64,000 nt of DNA from Pseudovirgaria hyperparasitica. Taxonomy: Eukaryota. The notes beneath the pieces are model-generated. The model was not told the origin of the DNA. It worked only from the letters and a program-made list of their open reading frames with translations, and made no database searches. The stretch lies in assembly GCA_010093815.1 (NCBI GenBank), contig ML996584.1, one strand, 5' to 3'. Shown in pieces: positions 12,470-23,113 of this stretch. Both the position numbers and the translations under genes were made by a program. How positions within the stretch are numbered: position 1 is the stretch's first letter; each line of letters begins with the position of its first letter.

Positions 12470-15400
12470 CTAGGTTATATACCTCGTTATAGATCCCCTA
12501 ATTACTATACGTGTTTAACTAGAATAAACTATTTATAACTAACTAACGTAATATAATCTATATAGGGCGTAGGATATACTCTAGCTCGTAGACACGGAAC
12601 CTATCTATCATACGAGTCTTATTACTAGACCTTTAACCCGCTATATATAATAGTATAAGGCTACTAATAGTGTCGATATTACCTCTACCCGAGTTATTAA
12701 GTAGTTTAACTAACGTATCTAGAAATCGCGCCGCTATACTACTAGTTACGTCGATACTCTCCGTATTATATACCTCTAGAAATATACGGACTTTACTAAC
12801 CCGCTTCCCGTTAAGGTGGTTATTACCCTTATTAAACTCCTATACTATTATATAATTCTCCCTAGCCTTACTACTCTTTTACTAGTTATAGGTATACCTT
12901 ACCTAAATCGGGTCGAAGGCCTCTATAGATATATCTCTATCTAGTCGTATCGGCACGTATATAGTCTTATATATATAGATAGAAAGGACCCGTGCCTATG
13001 AAGGGTCCTTTTTAATACATTCGATATTCGTACCTTTTAATATATTATCTCTAATAAGCCGATTACGATAGTTACGTATAAAGGGTGTAACCGTATTAAG
13101 TAATATAAAACTACTACTATATACGTCGTGGAGGTCGCCGATAGTAGTCTAGTAGAATATAGATAGTCTATGGCTCTATAAGACGTAGAGTGTATATTTA
13201 CTCCGGCGTGGCTCCTTTAGAATACGCCGCTGGCCGACTAGCTTACGTGTATTATTAAGCTACTCTAGGCTAGGGGCTACTAATATACTAGTACTAGCCG
13301 CCACCTCTATACTACTAGAGATTTTAGTATTTATCGTGCGTATATCTACTACTAGTATCTACTATAGAAACGTCTCCCTCTTATTTAAACCTTAATATAA
13401 TTCCTTTACTACGATATAAGATTACTCTAGTAGCTCTACTAATATTAGATATAACGAACTATAGTGTTTAATAGTATTAACTAGGTGCGATAATATATAG
13501 AACTTTAGAAAGTTAAAATGATTATCCTCCGATTTATCTCCACGATATAGTATAAACTAGTATTTTAGGTCGTCTAAGCGTAATATAGTCTCTTCTAAGT
13601 ATACTAGTATCTACGTATTATACGTATAGTACGCCGCTAATATATATATATATTAATAACCGCCCGTACTACGCTTAGGAAGTGTTAATTATAATATAGG
13701 AGCGGTTTAAACGCGACTATAAACACTACTAGTATACGCTTAAACATTGCCCCCGTCCATTATATTACTAAAGTTATATATATAAGTAGGTTATGACGAC
13801 CGAATACCCTAATAGACGCGAATCGCTTATTAATCGCCTTCTTTACTCGTTCTATAGGGGGTATACTAGTAAATACACCCTTTAACTTATATCCCGTACG
13901 CTCTTAATTAATAATATACGAGACTATCTAATTAAACGTATGTTCTAATATACCCTTATATAGTTAATATAGAATGTCCGGAGCGACCGCGCGGTGTATA
14001 TTAACTCTAGTAAGTAACTAGGTAAAATTATCTAATGGCTCTATCCACCTACTAGAATACCGACTCTTAACCGATTAGCGAATATAATAGCCCTATACTA
14101 CTAGCGCGAAAGACGTCGACGAAAACGATAAGACACCGGGTATACTTATCCCATTATCTATCTTACTACTAGTGTACTTGCTACCGTAGCTATTAGTTAT
14201 TAACTTATAATATATACGGTAAATCTATTCCTATAACGACGAGTATATATGGAACTTCTATATACTAGTAATGGCTTCTCGTAGATACTATCGTCTGTTA
14301 CTAGGGACTATATATATTAGATATATATACCGATAGGATACACCCGTGATAAGCACCTACTCCGGAAAATCTATAATATATAAAGCTAAACGCGGATAGT
14401 ACTTACGCGAGCCGCTATCGGTATATAATACTAATACTCTAGTACTCTATATAGCCTATAACGCTATATAATAATTAGTATAGTTAACGACTCTATCATA
14501 GGCGGACATACGGGCTAGAACTTTACTTATAACCTAATAGAACATAAAGCGATTCGCTACCGTTTCTAGCTTAACTACTAGTAATAGAGTAAGTAGTAGA
14601 AATAATAGTAGACTCCTAGATAAGCGGACGTTTAGTAGTAGATTATAAATAGATAGGTAGACTAGCTATACTACTCTATTACTACTATAGTTAGTAAGGT
14701 TTATCTTATCCGAAGATAAAATAATAGGGATAATAATGGTACTATCCGGAATAGTAGCGTGTATATCCTACTAACTATCTACTATATAGGCTTTACTATA
14801 TACCCGGTTACCTAAACTAGTAAATTATCATACCGGCTTAAACACGAGCTTACTAGTAAACGGTTAGTATCTAAGAAGGAATTCCACTAACGTAAGCGGA
14901 TCTCTATACTAGTATTCGACTATAGTAGTACTAAATATATTATAGCTACGCTACTAACTTTCGTACGGTATCCCTTTAGGGTAGTATAATAACTACTTAC
15001 GTACGATATTAGATTTTAGTATAAAAAGGTCGGGGGGTATAGCGGAAGTCTATTTAAGGATAGTAGTTAATTTATCGTATACTATATTCGAAATACCGAA
15101 CCGATTCGTCTATATTATAAGGCGCTCTATAAACTTACTATTGAATTAACCGAATCGGGCCTACTAAATTAGTTACTACTATAAACCTAGACTATATATA
15201 CTTACGTCGGACGGATTATTACGTCTACTCTAGTCTACTATAATATATATACCGTTCTCCTCTTCGAACGTTTTTATTAAATATATAGTACTAGACGCCC
15301 TTATCGCTATAGACATAGTATTTCTACTATATATATTAGACTAATATACTAAATTAGTACTATGGCTACTAGTAACGCCGTCTATAGATTCTAGGTCCGA

Positions 15401-15770
15401 AATAGAATTAGGGAAAATAGTAGTATCTTTATATAGGGTAATATTAGTAGTAGAAGTATCTAATTTCATAGGCTCGGACTCCTAATTAATACTTAATAGC
15501 TAAACACTAATAGAGCGAACTAAAGAGTTCTATTAACTAATATAACTACGAGTACTAAAGCCGCGCCGTGACCCGGTCGATAGTAGTAGCCACGGGCCTA
15601 ATAGTTATAATAATAATGGCGATACGGTAAGCTATGCTCGTCTATACGGTTCCGAGTTATGGTGCCTACGGATTATATAGTATATACTACTAATCTTTCT
15701 ACTATAGTATTAGTAGGAGACTACGGCCCGTAGTATCTCGAGGTATAGTTACTATAAAGGAAAAATACTA
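12470..15770 (-). pseudogene. RIP-degraded Plavaka-family transposase
   Basis: De-RIP motifs in order: TIPDGTIVIPIILSSDKTNLTNYSGNRVAWPVYLSIYN (~14645-14755); CYPRLALYIVDFPEQVLITGV..CPIC (~14310-14400); VAPDILHQLYKGVLEH (~13940-13990); HFNFPKFHMLSHLVDTIKHYGS...E..H..KELYQGSNK (~13380-13520); C-terminal FWLNTYSDWGIYNEVY (~12480-12530). Ends approximate. Confidence 0.88.
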
Positions 15771-16007
15771 TAGTATAATTATTAGTGGATGGTAATAATA
15801 CGGTATACGGTAGATATTCTAGGCGTATACCGGAAGAAGTTAGGTGTAAGCCCGTTGAAAGCCCGATATATACCTACTAACCCCCGACTTCTACCCGGCT
15901 CTTAGCCCCTTGATTTCTATATACGCTCGCTTAAAATTATTAATAATAACGCGTAAGCATTACGCGTCTATAAAAACACTATATTAGTCTACGCCTAAAC
16001 CTTTATT

Positions 16008-18147
16008 ATGTCTACTAGCTAGTTATTATCCCGCTACCTAATATTATCGCCTAGTAGGTTACCGACCTATTACTAATGAAAATATCTACTAATCTCTTAT
16101 ATATCTTCTCTATAGAACCTCTAACACGGAAGACGGTTAAGGGACTATCTAGCTACCGTGGCGGTAATACTAATAGAAGATAATCTAGTAACTATAGTAA
16201 ACTAAACGGGATAGGTAAACGAAGATGCGATATAACGTAGACACGTATTAGTATTAATAATAGGGACTTACACGACAGCCATCGACATAAAAAATATATA
16301 TATATATACCTAGCTTATCTCGACGCGTTTGTTTATCTACTAATAACCTAGTAGTCTAGGTATACCGGTAGCGAATATAGTAGTAACGCCCTATACAGCT
16401 TAGACGTTACGGTAATATTCTACTATAATAGTAACTAGGGATATAACGGCCTCACGTCCTCTCCTCTACTATATTAGCTATCTAGCTCGATAGAAGAAGG
16501 TAGAGAAATAGTAGTAGAGAGGGAACTAACTATCCGTGAAAAGAGGCGGTTCTATAGAGATAGTCTCTAGTCTTACGAACGAGACCGGTACCTCGTAATA
16601 ATAGAGATTTCGATTACTATGACGTTTTTAGGCCGGTTACCACTAGTATTTAATTGCCTTAATATATGGCTAGATAGTAGCCTAGATAGTTTTAGGATAC
16701 TAGTATAATCGGCCTAGATAGCCGCCGGAGATATTAATCTTAGTAGCTACTACCTTAATTATAATTTATAAAACACACCTCCTATCTATATTATTACACT
16801 AGTAAAGGAAGATATAATAGACTTCCGTTACTAACTCCTCTCTAGAGTTAGATAGATAGTATCTAAATACTAGAACTAGGAGATAGCCAAGAAGAGAAAA
16901 GCTAGTATAAGTAACCTAATATATAATAACGCGTATATAGGAGTAAAGGTATGTTACTTACGTCATGTTAGATATATTACTAATTATTAGTATAATACTA
17001 GCGTAACTTAGAAAATGTTTATAGGGCTAGTAGTAATTAAGACTCTAAAGTTAGTTCTACTATAGTCCCTAAGATTCCTTAGATTAAAGGAGTACTATAG
17101 TAGTATATTCTAACCGATCCTACTATCCACGATTACTATTATATATATTATAATAAGGCATGCTCTTAACGAATATAGTAGCGGGCGGGCGCCGAACTCG
17201 TCCTTCGGTCGCTATAGATTCGCACGCTCTCTACTAATACTAGGTATATATATATACCTTTATCTAATTATATACTAAATTATATAGAGGAATAGCGAGC
17301 GCTAAGCCTAACATGGTCGAACTAGGCGCCCTACCGTATCGACTATATTTAAAAATCGCTAATAGCATCGGTATTTATAGTACTAATACTAATTAACCTA
17401 GACACTATATATATAAACCTATATAAAGATAACCTAGATAACTTCTCTAAAGTAGATATAGATAACTTAGACGAGAGCGAGGAGTCTAAGCTATCGGGTA
17501 ATATAAGTATATACTAAAGTTATAGAGACTATATAGATACTAACTACTATGAAAAGGATGAGTCGGATACTCTAAACTAGTTAGATGAGTGCCTCGAATC
17601 ATCTTATACGCTATTAGATATGGGTAAGAGTTCTATACTACTAGTAGTGGCTACGGATAAGATTATACTATCTCGGGTATTAAGTATAGACCCGCTCTAA
17701 GTAACCGCGGGAACGGTAAATAATAGTATATATATATATAGTATGAATAAGTCTATTACTAACTTATTATCCCTAGTTATAGCTACCTTAACTAGTAGTC
17801 TATCTACCCCGACCGATACTTAAATTAAAATAAAGTTAGATGGTGGCGGACGTTCAAGTCGGGTCTTTAACCTATATATAAAGAGTATATACTTTTAAGA
17901 GAAGTCGGATATTAGTATATAGCTAGGGAACTATATAGACTACCACGAGGCCGAATAGATAATATAAAAGAGAATAAAAATAGTAACTAGAAATATAGAG
18001 GGAAGTGTCTAGTGGAAGAAAAGGTTATTAAAGGTAGTTCTAGATAAGGACACCTTTTAATAGATAAAGAACACCGCCTAAAGGCAGAAGAAAGGAAGGT
18101 CTACTATATTTTATTATAGCTATATAGTCGGAGAGAGCTTAGAATAG
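16008..18147 (+). pseudogene. RIP-degraded multi-exon gene divergent from the transposase; DUF6532-like central domain
   Basis: TATAAAAA at 15969 and ATG at 16008. Intron-like GTATGT...CTAA...TAG at ~16949-16990. Segment PILLSTITIIYIIIRHALNEYSSG (~17115-17185) resembles the P.P..TIAL...AI..AL.EW.TG pattern of DUF6532 from memory. Acidic linker and basic C-terminal domain. Confidence 0.55.
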
Positions 18148-18510
18148 TACTATTTAATTTAAGTTCCTAGTCTAATTAATTTTTAACCTCTACTCTCTAT
18201 TATATACTATCTTTCTAGTATTAAATTTAAAGACTATAATTAAATATACTAAAGATATAATTTAGAATAATAAGATATATAGAGTTATAGAGATACTTTA
18301 GATAAAGATATTACTTTAGAAAAGAGACTTCTATTAAAATAAATAGAGTATATAGAGTAGATAGAGTAGGTAGAGTAGATAGAGAAGCTAAAATACTATA
18401 TACTATTTATTCTATAAGAGTAATTAGTATATAGTAAATAAGTAGTACTAGTAAGCTAATTAGTATTAAGAGAATAACTAGTACTAATTATCCCATTAGT
18501 ATAAACAGTA

Positions 18511-18690
18511 CGTTCGGTATAAACGGGACGTTCGGTATAACTAGTACGTTCGGTATAAACGGGACGTTTAGTATAACTAGTATGTTCGGTATAAACGGGA
18601 CGTTCGGTATAAACGGGACGTTCGGTATAAACGGGACGTTCGGTATAAACGGGACGTTCGGTATAAACGGGACGTTCGGTATAAACGGAA
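18511..18690. repeat. Subterminal 18-bp tandem array (CGTTCGGTATAAACGGGA x10)
   Basis: Units start at 18511, 18529 ... 18673, about 140 bp inside the proposed element end. Confidence 0.9.
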
Positions 18691-18832
18691 TACTTAGTAT
18701 AAATTGTATAAAGCCGTCCCGTTAGGATAGATAGTAAGTAGGTCCGCCTAATGGATATAATGGGATGAAAGAATACTTAGGGAGTACTTAGGAGTACTTG
18801 GAAGCGCTGTATCTTTCCTAATATAGCCCGTG

Positions 18833-21064
18833 ATTAGAGAGAAGTAATATATCTCCTACTAAAAATATATCTATATACTACGAATATATATCGGGTAGCG
18901 TGTCTTTGCTCTAATTATTACTATCGTCCTTATCTTTATTAATAATCGATAAGGACGTAAGATAGATTAGCGATAATTAGGTCCGCACGGCGAGATTCTA
19001 TACCTCCTTACTAATAGTTATAACTTACTAGTATAATTTACTATAGTATTATTAGAATATTAATATCTCCTTCTAAAAATTAAGGATAGGGTTTAGGCGT
19101 CTAAGCTAAGGTATCCCTAGAATTATATTCTATTAGCTAATATTAGCTATGATAAATTTATTAGACATCTACTATTTTATTATCTTTAAGTTATAAACTT
19201 CGTAATTCGTTATAGCTTTATCTAAAGTTCTAACTTTATATCTATTAACTATAATAGTTCGGCTAACTTTACTAAGATCGTACGATAATCTATACTCCTT
19301 TATAAGAATCGACGAAATATAGTTATCTTCTATACTAGTATCCACGAGGGCCTATATAGTTTTATTACTATTTACTATAGGTAATAATACTTTTAGTAAT
19401 ATTAGGTCTTTACTCGCTAGAAGGCGCTACGGCTCCTCCTAAGTATATATAATTTAGCTAAGGACGCGGTTAGGTCTTATATACTAGTCTATTCTTTTTT
19501 TAGATTCTTATAGTTAGATAAAATATATTCTATTTCTCTATACTTATAGTAATAAAGTGCGCTATAATCCTACTATTTTATAATAGGCGTTATATTTAAG
19601 TCTATACCTTATTCTTTTCCGTGTTAAGAAGTACCACCTTAATTATTTTAGTATCCTCTTAACGCGTTTCTACCCCGATTTACGCTCTTCTAGTACTAAT
19701 TATAGTAAGGTTACTCTTAATCGAACGTATTTAATCGACCTCGTTTCTAACCCGTATAGAGTTTATCGGTTTTACCTAGAGAGCCACGTTCCTTAAGGAT
19801 ACGGTAGTATTTATTAGCTTTCTCCTCTAATTCGTGTAGATAGTTAAAACTTAATAATACTATTTCTAGTCTTTCGTGGATTAATAGAAGTAGTACTTCG
19901 CGAAACTAGAATATACGAATATTTTTCTATAGTATAGGGATATTATTCTATAGGTTTTAGAGGTATTATAGTAGTTAAGTAGGTGTCTAGTTCGGTCGTT
20001 ATACTACGCTTCTTAACTTAGATAGTGCCTTTCTTTTACGTTCTCTATCTGTTCCGAGGGTATTTAGTATAAATATAGCTAAATATTCCTAGGTTATCGT
20101 AGATAGTAGCTATACTTCCTTCTATCTATTCTATTAATTATAGGATTATAAGTCTAGGTATCGTTCTCTAAATAAAATATATTATACTTTAGTAGAAAAG
20201 AGTAGAGGGTTATCGAGGAAGTACTTTTCGTAGTCTCTCTTCTAGTCTTTCTACTCCTTTTAGTTCTTCTCTATAAATATAGTCGGGTCTTTAGATTTTA
20301 GTATACCTAGGGAAGAAGTAGAGTAAATTAGTAACGAAGCGGTCGGATATATAGTGGATTATTATAACTCTAATAGTAGGTGAACTAATTCCGCCTAAAT
20401 TAGTATAGGAAGTCGTCTATCTACTATCGTTTAGCGTAGTTCTTTAAGAGACTCCTTAAGTTCTTATCTCTTTACGAGGAGTTTCGCGCGTTCTATCTAT
20501 TCTTTAAGGGTTTAAATCTCTTAAGTCTAATTCGTGACGTATTTCTAAAGTTTAGTAATAGTTTATTATAATACCTCGCGTGGCTCTACCACGACTTATT
20601 ATCCGACTTTATATTATTAGAAGTTACTCGGCGTATCTACTATTTCTTTATCTAAAAGCTCTATGATTTAGTCTAATATTTCTACTTCTCGGTTAGAAAC
20701 GGCCGGGATTAATACCAATTATAGAGGATCCCTATTATTTAATATAGTATTACTTATCTCTATAGTAGATCGTGTCAACCTTCTCAGTTCTAGTTAGACT
20801 ATCTTAACTATAGTACTATATAGAGAGTAATTTAAATATAAGAATAGGGTTATTAGATAGTAGTATAGTTAGATAGAATAATAGGGTGTATTCTATTATA
20901 GAATAAATTACTACCGAACCCTTTCGGTAGGAATCCGAGAGTATATATATAAAGAGACGCCGATCTATCTAGTACGTGACTATTTACCGCCCTTTACGTT
21001 ACCTCCTAACCCTATTAGCTAAGGTACGTGTAGATTAGGTTCTATCTAAGGCTAAGTTCTAATA
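18833..21064 (-). mobile_element. Ty3/gypsy LTR retrotransposon 5' part (LTR, gag, protease, start of pol), RIP-degraded and interrupted at 18833
   Basis: Reverse complement of 61831-64000 (18895-21064, same length). Protease ALVDT(G) at ~19330-19352. pol reads LPD(V)YS(Q)Y(A)D(V)F(S)... up to 18833. LTR ~20837-21064. Confidence 0.88.
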
Positions 21065-22345
21065 ATATACTCGACGAATAGTACCTAAAATAGATATATA
21101 TATAGACTATTACTAGCTAGCTAAGCGACTTACTTATTGGCGAGTCGGCGACGAGTAAGTTACTTAACGAGTTTGTAAAAAAGTCTTCTAATCTCCTTAA
21201 CTTTAGTAACCTCTCTACTATCTCTACCTTATCTAAACCTCTCTAAATTAGTAACTACCTTCTACCGGAGCGTCTTATTAATATAGTACCTATCTATAGT
21301 ATATTTAAAGAAGCGTAGAGCCTACTAATTAGCGTAGCTATATATAAATATAATATAGAGAAAGTTCTTAAAAGTTCGAGATTACTAACGTATCTAGGTA
21401 TACTACCTACGAATCTATACCTTTATTACCGCCTATACAAGCTTAATAGAATTAAAGTTAGATAAGTATAGTAGCGTATACCGTATAATATAGCTAGCGC
21501 TAAGTATAAGTGGCTTAATCTATTAGTTTATATAAAGTGCGAGATTATCTATAATAATTATTATTATACGCCCGGGGTATTTTACCTTAAGGGTAGGTAA
21601 TAGATATACTTATAGCTAGGTATAGAACTTATCCGTTAAGAAATAACCTTCCTTTATCTAATAGTAGATAAAACCATTAGCTATAATAGCTCTATATACG
21701 CTATACGTAGGTCCTCGATTAAGAGTACTAATCTTAGTTAGAGTCTATCCTTTTAGTACTCTAGCTTAACGCCTCTATCTAATTTTCTTATTAAAAATAA
21801 CCTTATCTAAGAAGATATATAAGTCTACTAGTAGCTCCGTGATATCCTTAAGGTATAAAGTACGCGCTATCTCTAAGCGCGTACTACTAATACGTTTTAA
21901 TAGCTTACGATCCTACCCTTACTCGGATAACTCTTTAGATAAAAGCTATTTAGATATAGTAAGATTAAACTCTTTATATATCTATCTAGCTATCTTATTA
22001 AGGTATAGCTAGCCCTTACGAAGTAGTCTCTTAAGTAGTTATTATATTATATAATCGCTTAGTTAATAAGGTAGACCATAACGTATTAACCATGGTTTAT
22101 TTCTCTATCTATATATCTTAAGGTTAAACCTTATTCTATATACTATATTCTTACTAACTTTAGTAATAGCGATAATCTTATTAATAGATATATTATGTTA
22201 TAGAAGGAAGTCGATTCGTCCGTATACGGAATCAGGATAGATAATACTCTAGGGTACTATATATACACGCGTTAGTAAGTTAAAAATACTAAATATTATA
22301 TATACTAACTCTTATATACTATATTATATAGTTATAGACTCTATA
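21065..22345 (-). mobile_element. Tc1/IS630-type (DD34E, DDE_3) DNA transposon relic
   Basis: Minus frame from ~22260 de-RIPs to ...IFLDE.IFNEK.GWRR.AR.PKG...IIMDNLALH...YTPPYSPDFNPIELVWAVMK.WIRR, with 34 residues between the second D and the final E. About 1.3 kb long; TIRs not resolved. Confidence 0.85.
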
Positions 22346-23113
22346 TATGTGTAGTGCGGTGACGATGCCGTAAAATGTTAATTATATATAAAAACGCGTG
22401 TTGGTGGCACAGACGTGCATCGGGCGCCAAGCTTTCCCATGTAACTATGGACAAACGGATCCTTCTGCAGACTCCTTCCGACATGCTGCAACACCCTCGT
22501 TCCATGGTCCACGCTGACAGCCCTGTTCAAACGCTCTATGATCCAATAATCCGAAGTTATTACCCGGTACGCTCGGAAACGGGTAGCGGCAGCGTGTGAG
22601 AAATAATATGCCATGTGCGTGAGAAGTGTGAATGCCAGGAAAGATGAAATGCAAATATCATTCGAAAAGTAAAATCCTCTTCACCGTAACCAATAGCCAT
22701 TCTCCTATGTGGAGTATGCTGCACGCCAAGAAGAACAAAGGGGCACAGTGTAACCATCCTATCCTGTCGTTGATCAAAACAAATGCTCACGAATTGACTC
22801 AATAGTCCTGTTTGATATTGCTTCTTTGCAGCATCCTCACCGTCCATTTGGGCCTAGCACAGTCTGGAAGTCTGGATTGTAAAGCCGAGCCCAAAAGTCG
22901 TTGTACATGATGTGCCGCTTGCACTTGCTCAATAGCTGGAACTAGTGGCGTATAAGCATGCTGCACATTGGAAGTCCAAAGACTCGACGACTGATTTCTG
23001 GGTCAGACAAGAACGGTCATCCGGGTTCCTGGAACGAAATTTCGGTGAGACTATGGTGATTTGTGTGTGTTCACTCGCTTACCGGTTCGCCTGAAGATAG
23101 CAAATCGTCAACC

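Larger units (their letters stand above)
1..18832 (-). mobile_element. Large multi-gene Plavaka (CACTA-related) DNA transposon relic; left end not in window
   Basis: Contains a Plavaka transposase relic. Right end ...CTTTCCTAATATAGCCCGTG (reverse complement CACGGGCTATATTAGGAAAG) at 18832, preceded by 10x18-bp repeats. Gypsy pol reading frame is cut exactly at 18833. No gypsy RT resumes in the parts of 1-18800 I could decode. That all ORFs belong to one element is inferred. Confidence 0.65.
1..22350. other. AT-rich RIP-mutated repeat compartment (left)
   Basis: Very TpA-rich, CpA/TpG almost absent, CpG retained. Long reading frames are broken almost only by TAA/TAG (expected from CAA/CAG/TGG). 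Abrupt switch to normal composition at ~22357. Confidence 0.95.

Noticed and set aside
19..12855. Short I/L/S/Y-rich ORFs from the ORF track in the AT block
   Set aside because: Antisense or off-frame shadows, or stop-bounded fragments of RIP-degraded genes; not functional CDSs.
18511..18690. CRISPR-like array (also 8225-8570)
   Set aside because: Head-to-tail repeats with no unique spacers in a eukaryotic genome.
1..18832. Starship element
   Set aside because: No DUF3435 tyrosine-recombinase captain was recognised in the window; the mobilising gene present is a Plavaka transposase.
22340..22356. GTAGTG (CACTAC reversed) at the AT/GC boundary as a CACTA terminus
   Set aside because: The adjacent DNA is a DD34E Tc1 element of ordinary size. 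The better-supported CAC terminus is at 18832. Probably chance.
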